From contig NC_058368.1 of NCBI RefSeq assembly GCF_018350175.1, forward strand, positions 47,556,001 through 47,620,000: 64,000 nt of DNA. Direction: 5' to 3'. A program made the translations under genes and the position numbers. The DNA comes from Felis catus (Eukaryota). Shown here one piece after another: positions 52,534 to 64,000 of the stretch; the stretch's first letter is position 1, and every line of letters starts with the position of its first letter. The notes under the pieces are model-generated. The model did not search any database and was not told the DNA's origin. It worked only from the letters and a program-made list of their open reading frames with translations.

Positions 52534-52939
52534 AAATAGGTTAACTACAGTAGATTTTATCTTTTCATTTATTTAGTTCCCTCATTGAACAATTAAATGT
52601 TTACATGTGCCAGGATATGGGTCCATGGAGTTCATGTGATAATTCTTGCTAGTCTAGACCCCTGGAAGAAATAAGCATATTAAAGATAATTAAAGTGGTG
52701 AGATATGTGCTGTTAGCAAGAAGTAGTCATTTTGCAGTGGAAATACAGGAGCGGTCATAAGTTAATTCTACCTTTAAGGTGAGGAGTACAATACCTAAGA
52801 GGGGAGATGACTGACACTTTAAGTCTTGAAAAATAGAAATTTATTGAATGTACTGTGTTGTAATCCTTGACCTTTAATTTATATTTGTTTCCTCTTGTTA
52901 TGCTAGCTTCCTTTGTTATCCTGGACTTAAAGGAAATAT

Positions 52940-53059
52940 TTTATTTTATTTTTTATTTTTATTTTTTTAAGTAGGCTTCCATGCCCAACATGGGGCTCGA
53001 TTGAGGTCGTGACCCCGAGATCAAGAGTTGCATGCTCTACTGACTAAGCCAGCCAGTGT
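52940..53059 (-). mobile_element. Short/old Can-SINE
   Basis: TSD aaggRaatatttt. Confidence 0.8.
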
Positions 53060-53275
53060 AAGGGAATATTTTAAATTAACCTTTCACTACTGACTGAGGT
53101 ATTTGCTACAGCACATTATTTTTGTTCAAAAGTCAGAAATGTCAGGGGCATTCTTATAAAAGTGGACTTAAACTTCAATTGAAGCTGAGGTTGAATTTGA
53201 ATCTGTTTCGGGCACATTTTCTTGTAAAGGCTATGTTTGTTATATTTGTAGGCCAATTGAAGGAAAACTTACTTC

Positions 53276-53498
53276 GGGGCGCCTGGGTGGCTCAGTTGGT
53301 TGGGCATCCGACTTCGACTCAATTCATGAAATCACCTTTCATGGGTTCGAGCCCTGCGTCAAGCTCTGTGCTGACAGCTCAGAGCCCGGAGCCTGTTTCA
53401 GAATCTGTGTCTCCCTCTCCCTATGCCCCTCCGCCACTCACACTCTGTCTCTCTTTCTCAAAAATAAATAAACTTTTTTTTTAATTTAAAAATAAAAA
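53276..53498 (+). mobile_element. Can-SINE
   Basis: TSD aaggaaaac. Confidence 0.9.
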
Positions 53499-54048
53499 AG
53501 GAAAACATTTCATTCCTATCATTATCTTTTTTCCACTTTTAGGGTCAGTATCTGATAACTGCAACAGTTTTCAAATTTGTCCTCAGTTTCTTTGCTGGAG
53601 TCAGAGTAATCTTTAGAAAATAGATTTGATTGTAGCATACACCTGCTTTAATACCTCTGTGTCATCATCTTTAGACAGCATAAAGTCATATTCCTTAGCA
53701 TGACTTTATTTATACACTCTCTTTATAGTTTATGCCTTTCCATTTCCTGTCATTGCATATTATTTGAAGTTTCCATATACTCCTATCTTCATAACTTTGC
53801 ATATGTCCCTCTGTCTAAACAAATCAGGAGTAGAGCAGAACTTCCTCAGTCTGATAAAGGATATCTACAAAAAATCTACAGCTAATATCATACCTAATGA
53901 TGAAATATTAAATGCCTTCCTGTTAAGAGATAGTACAAGGCAGGATTTCTATTTTTATAACTTACATTAAACATTGTAATGCCATTTAAAATATTTTTAT
54001 ATTCCATTTATATGGAAATTAAGGGGCCTTTTAAAAGGCCCACTTTTA

Positions 54049-54292
54049 GGGGCGCCTGGGTGGCGCAGTTGGTTGAGCGTCCGACTTCAGCCAGGTCACG
54101 ATCTCGCGGTCCGTGGGTTCGTGCCCCGCGTCGGGCTCTGGGCTGATGGCTCAGAGCCTGGAGCCTGTTTCCGATTCTGTGTCTCCCTCTCTGTCTCTTC
54201 CCCTCCCCTGTTCATGCTCTGTCTCTCTCTGTCCCAAAAATAAATAAACGTTGAAAAAATTAAAAAAAAAAAAAATTAAATAAATAAATAAA
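54049..54292 (+). mobile_element. Young felid SINEC_Fc-type SINE
   Basis: Same diagnostic variant as the copies at 23153 and 47022; perfect TSD taaaaggcccactttta. Confidence 0.93.
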
Positions 54293-54920
54293 TAAAAGGC
54301 CCACTTTTAATAATAACAGTACACACTTACTGGAATGACTGAAATTAGAAGACTGGCTATAGCAATGTTAGTGAGAATATAGAACAACTGCAATTTGTTA
54401 TAAAACCAAACAACCTATCCAGTAATCCAGCAATTCTATGTTGATGTATTTTGCCCTAGAGAAAAGACAGCATATGCACACAAAAGGACTTATACTAGGA
54501 TATTCACAGGAGCTATATTCATAATCATTAAAAACTGGCAACAGGCCTAGCAACTATCACAGGAAAATGGCTAAACAAACCATCACACATTTTATACTGT
54601 AGAATACTACTCCGCAATAAAAACAAACTACTGATTCCTCAACAACATGGATGATTCTGAAAAACTTTATGTTTAGTCTAAGAAACCTTTGATGACTAAA
54701 TTTATATAAAATTCTAGAAGAGGGAAAACTATAGTGGGGAAAAAAAGTAGAACAATGTTTGCCTCTAAGGATGGTTGTCACCAAAAATTAACTGGGAAGA
54801 AAGATATTAGGGAACTTTCCAGGTTGTTGGAATGTTCTGTATCTTAATAGGGCTTGTGTTACACATGTGTGTATATTTCTCAGAACTCATTGAATGGTAG
54901 AATTAAGATTTGTACCTCTT

Positions 54921-54995
54921 ACCATATGTAAATTTAATTTTTTTCACCATATGTAAATTTAATTTTTTTTACCATATGTAAATTTAATTTTTTTT
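54921..54995. repeat. 25-bp tandem repeat x3
   Basis: accatatgtaaatttaatttttttY at 54921, 54946 and 54971. Confidence 0.95.
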
Positions 54996-55091
54996 AAAAA
55001 AAACTATAAATATTGAACTGTAGTTGATAATATACGTGTTGAATTGTTGAGATGAGGGGCAGATATCTGCAGCTTATTTGGAAATATATCA

Positions 55092-55270
55092 GAGGCACCT
55101 GGGTGGCTTAGTTAAGCAGCTGACTTCACCTCAGGTTCATGAGTTTGAGCCCCATGTCAGGCTCACTGCTGTCAGCACAAAGCCCTCTTCAGATCCTCTG
55201 TCCCCCTCCCTCCCCCCGCCACCCACTCCCTCTCTCAGAAAAATAAATAAACATTAAAATTTTTTTTTAA
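55092..55270 (+). mobile_element. Can-SINE (internally deleted)
   Basis: gaggcacctgggtggc head; A tail. Confidence 0.85.
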
Positions 55271-55463
55271 AAAATATCAAAAAAGTAAGATAGATTCATG
55301 GGTGTATACAGTGATGGACAGATATGTGATAAACTACATACAATGCAACATTTAATTTAGAATCCAGATGTTGAGTATATGGGTGAATGCTATAGACATC
55401 TTTCATCTCTTCCACATGTGCAAATATTTTCTTAGTAAAATCTTTAGAAAAAATACAAAAATA

Positions 55464-55660
55464 GAGGCACCTGGGTGACTCAGTCAGTTAAGCATCTCAC
55501 TTTGACTCAGGTCATGATCTCATGGTTTGTGAGTTCGAGCCCCACATTGGGTTCTGTGCTGACAGCTCAGAGCCTGAGCCTGCTTTGAATTCTTTGTCTC
55601 CCTCTCTCTAACCCTACCCCCTACCTTCTCAATAATAAATAAACATTAAAAAAATTTTTT
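55464..55660 (+). mobile_element. Can-SINE
   Basis: TSD aatacaaaaata. Confidence 0.9.
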
Positions 55661-55807
55661 AATACAAAAATAAATTTTTTCTATGCTATCGTATAAACCA
55701 TCTTCAAATCATCTTAGAATAAAATATATTTACTTATACTTGGAAGATCAAGAAAGTAAGTTCATGTCTATATGTTCACAATGGAAATTAGAATTAGAAT
55801 ACTCCTT

Positions 55808-55994
55808 GTTTCTTTTTTAAGTTTGTTTATTTACTTAGAGAACGTATGTGCTCTGTCATGGGAAGAGGAGCAGAGAGAATCCATGCTGACAGTGCAGAGC
55901 GTGTCCCAAGGCTTGAACTCACAAACTGGGAGTTCATGATCTGAGTCGAAATCAGGAGTCAGACACTTAACTGACTGCGCCACCCTGATGCCCC
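55808..55994 (-). mobile_element. Can-SINE (diverged)
   Basis: catgatctgagtcgaaatcaggagtcagacacttaactgactg. Confidence 0.82.
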
Positions 55995-56389
55995 AGAAAT
56001 TAAAATGTTCCTATCCTTATTTAAAGAATACTTGTTAATGAAAACTTCAAAGATATAGTACAAAACATTCTTTTTTAGTACTACAGTGGGTATGATTTTC
56101 AAAGGGTCACCATCTAATACAGAAAATTTCACCTGATATGAAGAGGGTTAGACTTCATTTGTTAAGATGTCACCATGTAAAATGACATAACCTATTCACA
56201 CTTGAATTGCCTTTTATAATTAAGTATATTATTTGGATTTTTGAGGAGTTTAGTTTTCAAAGACTCATCCATTTGTTAAAAATAGTATTGACTAGAAACT
56301 AAATATATTCAAATATAAAAAGAAAACCAGATTTCTAGTTGTCAGATTCTAGAACCTGCTGTCCATTTCATCTTACTTGTAACCTCTGC

Positions 56390-57500
56390 TAGGCATTTGT
56401 CACATTTCTCAAGACTCTTCCCTTGCTTCTCGAATCACCTGTCTTTGATTGTTTCTTCTCCATTGCTTTTATTGTCTCTTCTTCTAGCTAACTCTACCGA
56501 ATACTTCACAAGGGTTTTCCCATTATCCTCTTCAATTTTTACTTAACTTACCTACTCTCTGAATAATCCTAGCCCTTTCCACAATTTCATTTACTGTCTG
56601 TAGGCTAATGTTCCGTAGATCTGTAAAGAGTTCCTAGAGTCATTAAAAATTTAACATTTCTCGGGGCACCTGGGTGGCTCAGTCAGTTGAGCGTCCGACT
56701 TCAGCTCAGGTCATGATCTCACGGTCCGTGAGTTCGAGCCCCGCGTCAGGCTCTGTGCTGACAGCTCAGAGCCTGGAGCCTGTTTCGGATTCTGTGTCTC
56801 CCTCTCTCTCTGACCCTCCCCCGTTCATACTCTGTCTCTCTCTGTCTCAAAAATAAATAAACATTAAAAAAAATTTTTTTTTAATTTAACATTTCTCACA
56901 TTTATTTTTTCTTCTCTCTGTAAAACTTATTAATTTTCTTGTATTCTTGATCTGTTAGTAAGGTTAAAGTCTAATTACCATCCAGCTTTTGTCAACCTCC
57001 ATGTCTCCCTCATTCTCTCTAGTGCCTCCTCTCACCTCCACACCTATTCAGTTGTCTAGCATCTAACTTTTTTTATTCATCCTCTCTTGCTTTTCTGGAC
57101 TGTTCTTCAACTGGATTATTACTATAACTTGTGAGGAGTTCTCTGCCATCCTTTTCCCCATTGTTAGAAATTTTTTCTATAATATCAGCATCAACAACAA
57201 AGATCTTTTGGTCATGTTACCTTTCTGAATTAATCTCTGTTAGTTTCTTGTTGACTGTGGAATAAAAATCCAAACTCCTTAGCCTAGCAAATAAAATTTC
57301 ATTCCATTCACAATTGGAACTAAGCCTATCTTTCTACTACCGTTGTTCTCTAAGTGAACTCCAACCACTTACCTCATAATTACTAAAGTGTCACAGCTCT
57401 GTGCCTTTACACATGCACAGGCCCTCCTGTGCCTTTTCTATGAACGTTTGTCTCCCCACAGCCTCCTGATGCTTCTAGCTTGAGAAAAATGGTGGTACTC
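56390..57500 (+). mobile_element. L2 fossil interrupted by a SINE
   Basis: ctggattattactataac, aataaaaatccaaactccttagcctagca, ctctgtgcctttacacatgc. Confidence 0.55.
56663..56882 (+). mobile_element. Can-SINE
   Basis: Perfect TSD aatttaacatttctc. Confidence 0.93.
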
Positions 57501-58439
57501 AGATATAGATGTTCGGTGCTCTGTACTTCTAAGACACATTCATATCTCCTTAGTACCATCTACCATTGTTTCTATAATTAAATCACCAATAGAATAGTTA
57601 TCCTATGAGTTACTAATCCATTAGGTATTAAACTCAAATTTCAGATGTCCATCAATTTCTAACTGATGGGTTTTTGAGATATTAACTGAATTTACCCTCT
57701 TCCTTCTGAATTTTGAGACAAGAGTCAGGTAGGTGTCTAAATAACAGCACTAATAGAGCTGTTTTGCCATTCTGATAGAGCTGAATTGGAGAACTCATCT
57801 TGGACCTATGATAGCTGGTAACACTATTGGCAATGACCAATATCATCTCTTGCTTCTACATTTACCTGACAACTAATAACTGTATTTCTGAAAACTGACC
57901 CTGGTTCACCGTGAAAACTAGGGATAAAATTGAAGGACAACAAGAAAAATCTTATTAAAATTCTTACTATACTGTAAAAGGATCAGTCAACAAATATATG
58001 CATATTACAGTGATGGGCCTCCAAATAGCTTGTAAAATATGTAGCTTTGTTTTAAGTCTGAAACATTTCTGAGAGGTTTCTCTTTTTAATGTTAAAATAT
58101 GATTGTTAAAAAATGTTATAAAAATTGTTAAATGTCATTGACTGCTTTTATATGAGCTAGTAAACCTTTAGTTTTTATGAACTTTATTTTTTAATCCCAA
58201 TTTACAGTAAAATTGCCATTGCATTTAAACTTTTTAACCATAATGTTAACCTGTCAGTTAAAATTCCTTCTGAAAAAGAGTGATGTGACAATGGCAGAAT
58301 TTAAAAGTAAATGGTTTTGCTGTATTTTTTTGTAATAAAAAAAAGGCTATCAACACATTCTCAGGACTGCACATTTTCTTCTCAGAGTAGCCTACTTAAA
58401 TACACAATTTCATTATTACAAGTTAAAATTAACTTGTTT

Positions 58440-58682
58440 GGGGGCGCCTGGGTGGCTCAGTCGGTTGAGCGTCCGACTTCGCTCAGGTCACGATCTCACG
58501 GTCCGTGAGTTCGAGCCCCGCATCAGGCTCTGTGCTGACAGCTCAGAGCCTGGAGCCTGCTTCAGATTCTGTGTCTCCCTCTCTCTCTGGTCCTCCCCCC
58601 ATTCATGCTCTGTCTCTCTCTGTCTCAAAAATAAATAAATGTTAACAAAAAAAAAAAAAAAAATTTAAAAAAAAAAAAAAAA
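58440..58682 (+). mobile_element. Can-SINE
   Basis: Perfect TSD aaaattaacttgtttg; long A tail. Confidence 0.93.
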
Positions 58683-58743
58683 AAAATTAACTTGTTTGAT
58701 AAAATACTGAACATCTTTCCTAATTAAAAGTAGTCATTTCTTA

Positions 58744-58962
58744 GGGCTCTTGGGTGACTCAGTCGGTTAAGCATCTGACTTCAACTCATGTCATGATCTT
58801 GCATGGTTCATAGGTTTGAGCCCTGTGTCGGGCTCTGTGCTGACAGCTCAGGGCCTGGAGCCTGCTTCACATTCTGTGTCTCCCTGTCTCTCTCTGCCTG
58901 TCCCCCACTTATGCTCTGTCTGTCTGTCTCTCTCTCTCAAATATAAATAAATATTTTAAAAA
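58744..58962 (+). mobile_element. Can-SINE
   Basis: Degenerate TSD tagtcatKtctt. Confidence 0.9.
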
Positions 58963-59098
58963 ATAGTCATGTCTTTTATCAAGAAGAGAAATAATGAAAT
59001 TGATGTTATTGTTACTTATTTATAATTACAAAACATACTTTCCATGCAAAAATCCTAGAATCATTCAGAATATCACAGCATCTGTATTATTATGCTTT

Positions 59099-59308
59099 AT
59101 TTAAAAAAAAAAAAATTTTAAGTTTATTTAGTTTTAAGCAAGAGAGCAAGCAGGGTAGGGACAGAGAGAGAGGGGAGAGAATCCCAAGCAGGCTCTGCAC
59201 CATTAACACAGAGGCCTATGCAGGGCTCAAACTCACAAACCATGAGATCGTGACCTGAGCCAAAACCAAGAGTTAGAGGCTTAACCGACTAAGCCACCCA
59301 GGCGCCCC
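59099..59308 (-). mobile_element. Can-SINE
   Basis: TSD attattatgcttt. Confidence 0.9.
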
Positions 59309-59572
59309 TTAAATTATTATGCTTTGTAACAAGAAAATTTAACATGTCCTATGATGCAAGCCATTACACCTTTTAAAAATAAATGGAACAAATTTAAGCA
59401 ACCATATACTTTAAGAAATATGCTTCTACTTACAAATGGACTGTTTGAGATTGTGCATTAGCCCTTTTTAATGTTCTTATGCTCCCTGATTCATTGGTAT
59501 GACCTCTTTTATTTTCACTTTTGCTGTGCTTTTTAAGAAAAAAACCCACTTATTTTACATCATACACTTTAA

Positions 59573-59674
<102 letters not shown>

Positions 59675-60118
59675 TAAAATCAATATATATTTGTTTTACT
59701 TATCTACTCAAGCTAAATGTAATTACATTATGCTTTTTGATAATGTGCAAAGTAAAGTTACTTTATTCTTAGTATGCATAAATATTAAATTGCTCACAAA
59801 ATAAAGCACAGTAAGTTATAATCCTGCATTTCATGTATTTTTAAGTGAGTTTAATGATCAATAAACTAGAAGTGTACATTAGTATTTTCCTAGAATTAGA
59901 TTCAGTGATAATGACACCATTGTGATTTTATTTTCACATTAATTTCAAGTGTGCTACAAATGCGTTTGTACCAACAGTTTTCAGATTAAAATTAAATAGG
60001 CTTCCTTTTTCTCTTGTTTTTTATTCACCTGTGTGCATTCCTTGACACATACTTGAGAAAGAGAAAGAGGGACGCAGAGAGAGAGATGAGATAGCACATT
60101 ATATTATGATTAAAAGTA

Positions 60119-60250
60119 GGGGCATTAGGGAGGACACTTGTTGGGATGAGCACTGGGTGTTATATAGGGGATGAATCACTGGAATCTACTCCTGAAATAT
60201 TCATAGCACTATATGCTAACTTGGATGTAGATTAAAAAAGAAAGAAAGAA
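60119..60250 (+). mobile_element. Severely 5'-truncated carnivore L1 3' tail
   Basis: Homologous to about 22878-22995 (gggatgagcactgggtgttat..gaatcact..cctgaaat); A-rich tail; possible TSD aaagta. Confidence 0.85.
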
Positions 60251-60333
60251 AGTATAAAAGACTTTGTGAAGACCAAGAAAATTTGGGGGAGATCCACTAG
60301 TGATTTTGTGAGATTCTGTTTAAAGTATACTAT

Positions 60334-60546
60334 GGGGCACCTGGGTGGCTCAGTCGGTTAAGTGTCCGACTTTGGCTCAGGTCATGATCTCACAGTCCGT
60401 GAATTCGAGCCTCGCATCAGGCTCTGTGCTGACAGCTAAGAGCCTGGAGCCTGCTTCAGATCTGTGTCTCCCTCTCTCTCTGCCCCTCCCCTGCTCACGC
60501 TCTATCTCTGTCTCTCAAAAATAAATAAATGTTAAAAAAAAAAAAA
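60334..60546 (+). mobile_element. Can-SINE
   Basis: Head, CT block, A tail. Confidence 0.92.
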
Positions 60547-61016
60547 TTTAAGTGCACTAAGAGAAAAATTGTACCTATATTAATCCGTTTTCCAGTTGAC
60601 CTAGCTAAATTTTTTTTTATCTAACTTCTTTCTCTCACTTTAACTCATCCTCCTATGCAAAAACATCTGACTGTCCCATATGCTACCGTATCACATCTAA
60701 ATACTACTGCCAGACTTCCAGGCCCTTCCACGGGGCCCCACCTCTCCAACCTTCCTTGCCTCTCTACCTAAAATCAGGGTAGTCTATCTCTATGCCTATA
60801 AACATCTATTTGCTCCATACCACATAATAGAGCGTTTCTCTTATCTCATTAGCTCTTGTTTCCCACATCATTTCCCCAGCCAAATGGAAGGTTCCTGAAG
60901 GTCAGCAATGATATCTTACTTTTGTTTATTCTCTGTCTCTACCTAGCATGGTATAAGATACCTAGTAAAATTGTCTGTTCATCTGAGTATTTGAGGATTC
61001 AAATCTGCTTGTTTAT

Positions 61017-61232
61017 CTTTTTTTTTCAATGTTTTTATTTATTTTTGAAAGAGAAAGAGAATGCACACACGCAGGGGAGGGGTACAGAGAGAGAGAGAGA
61101 GAGAGAGAGGGACAGAGGATCAGAAGTGGGCTGACAGCAAAAAGCCCAAAACAGGGCTCAAACCCACAAACCATGAGATCATGACCTGAGCCAAAGTCAG
61201 ACACTTAACCAACTGAGCCACCCAGGCACCCC
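61017..61232 (-). mobile_element. Can-SINE
   Basis: TSD ctgcttgtttatcttt. Confidence 0.9.
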
Positions 61233-64000
61233 AACTGCTTGTTTATCTTTTATTTTTATTTGAGTTGATTTAAGTGTTTAGAGACCTTACACACTATGTA
61301 AGAAAAACAATTCTTCTGAACTCTAATAGTTTTGTAGAAACTTTGAAGTGATGGCTAAGAGAATAAAATGTCTTTAACGCTATGATGTAAGATATAGGCC
61401 ATTATATAACAAAACAAATGGGTGCTTTGAATGTATGTCTCTTACTGGTTAAACTAAATATCTGGAAGAATTTTAGACCAAGGATAGATGACTGTCAAGT
61501 ATTATTTTATAGTTGGAATGGTTAATTCTGTCTGGTGAAGGTGCAAGTATTTCTAAATTATGTATTATTTGAAAAATGAGCTGTAGTCCCATCCCATTCC
61601 CCTTCTCTGCTCAGTCCCTCATGAGTCATTAAGGATGACCTAGGCTATTTTGTAATTTTCCCCATATAACTGTTTTTGAGCATTATATTGCCTAGGGGGG
61701 AATAGAAATACACTTTTGTGGGGAAGAGACTTCTTGGTCAGTGGTAAATGCTTGGTAAATACTAAAAATTGAAATTTGAAGGAAAAAGTCTATTCTCTTC
61801 TTTTTTAGCATATGAATCCTTCAAAAGAATCTTTGTCATAAGGAAAAAAGAATTTTGCTGTTGTAAGCTTTTTTCTTTAGCCCTAAATGCTGAGTTCCTC
61901 TAAAATTGAAAGCAATTATTGCTGTTACCTTACTTTTTTTTAAAGAATTTCCAAAAACAGATGTTGATTCCTTAATAATTAGAGTGGAGATTCAAAGAAC
62001 CACAACTGATTCATATTCTGAATAATTTTAACTATCCAAATATTTCTGAAGATTTTATCACTGAGCTATCTGTGTGCCTTGAACAAGTGCCTAATGGGCA
62101 TACTATTAATATCTCCTACCAGCTGGTGCCAGGCATTCGTCTCATGGTGAACCAGAGGGTTATTTTGAGGAAGTGCTTCTCAGGTCATCTAAACTGAGTG
62201 AAGGGAAAGTAAGTCTAGATATCCAGAGAGGACGTTTATGTATTCCTTCAACATCTTTTATTGAGTACCTACTATATGCATAAAATTGAGCAGTGGCAAA
62301 GAGGATCCCTCTTTTAGGGTCTGACACATATCCAAAGTTTGCAAAGTCTGTATTTCACTTTCAGTAGCTATTTGTAAAGAAGTCAATGGCTTCATTCTCT
62401 GTTTAACTGATTTAAGATGAAAGCAATGTAACCTTTGAGAGAGTCTATATTTAATTCTTCACATTTAAAATTAAAGCAATAGAAACTGAAGGTGCATTAT
62501 AAAACAACTCAATCAGAACGGCAAATGAAATGTTCGCATAATAAAGTTTTCATTATACATTAGTCTACGCCAAGATACATGAAAATTTCAAAGGAACTTA
62601 CTTTTCAACTACTATACACTATACCATTCATACTAAGTTCAATGTGAAATCTCATACATTCAACAGCCAGGTTTAGGTACTTTAGGTTAACACTTAATTG
62701 GAACAGATTTCTGATTATAAAAATATTATGTTTATTTTAGAAGATTGTTAGTAATCCTACCATCCAAAGGTAACCATTCAAAAATGTATAATAGATATAC
62801 ATATGTCTTCTTTCATATTTAGGGTATTAAACATGGGAAGTTTAATATTTTTTCTTACAACTCCATCTTGAACGTTTCTTGTATCACTGAATAGTCTTCA
62901 AAAAGATAATTTTTAATAGTTATCCAAACCTTTAATTGTTAGGCCTTCTGCTTTGAGTTTCATGTTGTTAATAAATTCAATAGTCACTGAAAATTTTCAT
63001 TGGTTACCTGTTGCTACTCAAGGTATATTATGAAATTAAAGTGAGAAAATGGATGCAAATTTCACCACACAGTCCCTGGCACATAGTGGGTTATTTAGGA
63101 AATGTTAACTGGTTATGCCAGTTAATGTTTCTTAGAGTAAATTACATAGTTGATTTTAGAGGAAAAGCTAGTGTTCCAAAAGCTTTAGGTACAATTTAAG
63201 GTTTTATTTAAAATCATTTTGTTTGAGAATTGTAATGAGACTTTTTAAAATAATTAGTCGAGACACTCCCCTGGACATGAAACCAGTTTTGAGATTTTTT
63301 TGATATCTGTCAATCAATCTTAAGACATATACTATAATGCCAGTTTCCTATAAAAAAAGTAGCAAAATTAGCTTTTGTAGTTTGAAAAATAACTCCCAAA
63401 AACTGTCTTTTAAGCACATTGTAATTATCAAATAAGCTTACTCACAGGTTGACGTTTCAGTGGAGATATGAACGATAACTAAATATCACATTAAACTCTT
63501 TCTGGGACAAAGTTGCAGTAAGTTAAAAGGGCTTATACAATTAAGTAGATTAAAATGAAATGGGCTCTTCTTGACGTGACTAAACTTGAAAATCTGAAGT
63601 AATGTTTTTGTTTCGGTCATGATTGTTTTGAAAATAGCAAACAAGATTTTCTGGTTACATGTTTTGGTTATGCTCTTTAACCTGCATCTTAATTGGGGAA
63701 CTGCCAGGCACTAGCGTGGTCTTAGTGTGCGCTTCTCTGTTTGCTTTGGCAGATCTGAATGAAGAGCCTTTTCTGAAGGTTTTTAAACCTTTCAAACTGC
63801 AAGATTTACTGCATACTCCAGACCTTTTGTTTTAGTTTCTGTCTAGTTTTATAAAGAGTGTTAAGTTGAAATTTTCACAGTACGCTGAACTTTATAATAA
63901 AGGAAAATATTAAAGCTGAGAAAACTTTTTTTTTCCTCTAGCAGACTTTTGTGTAAAATGAAAATTTTTCTCTCTTTCTTCTCACGTATGTGAGTTGTCA

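Larger units (their letters stand above)
53815..55440 (+). mobile_element. Fragmented old L1 (ORF2 pieces + L1MC/MD-like 3' UTR) with SINE insertions
   Basis: ORF 53764 LNKSGVEQNFLSLIKDIYKKSTANIIPNDEILNAF is L1 ORF2; 3' UTR-type motifs follow. Confidence 0.75.

Overview
AT-rich, repeat-dense mammalian (carnivore, most likely felid) genomic DNA, not prokaryotic. The only host coding sequence I can support is three + strand, GT-AG-flanked internal exons of PIBF1 (45753-45918, 51991-52141, 59583-59673; 166/151/91 nt, by recall exons 11-13), which splice into one open frame. Everything else is PIBF1 intron: >45 kb upstream of the first exon, about 6 and 7.4 kb between exons, and >4 kb downstream. 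The introns hold about 45 tRNA-derived Can-SINEs, including three young SINEC_Fc-type copies. They also hold several truncated L1s, a degenerate Tigger1, two Tigger2a-type MITEs, MER58B, MER5A and Charlie4-like hAT remnants, an MLT1 LTR, L2/L3/MIR fossils and microsatellites. Nearly all supplied ORFs are repeat-derived or chance ORFs. I found no convincing novel multi-gene system. The best leads are: (1) a stop-free, frame-closed 408-nt exon block bracketed by inverted SINEs (possible rolling-circle-translatable circRNA); (2) a weak donor followed by a SINE-derived poly(A) signal (possible truncated isoform); (3) odd junctions at both Tigger1 ends; (4) several locally templated repair scars. 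Repeat family names come from memory of consensus sequences and boundaries are approximate.
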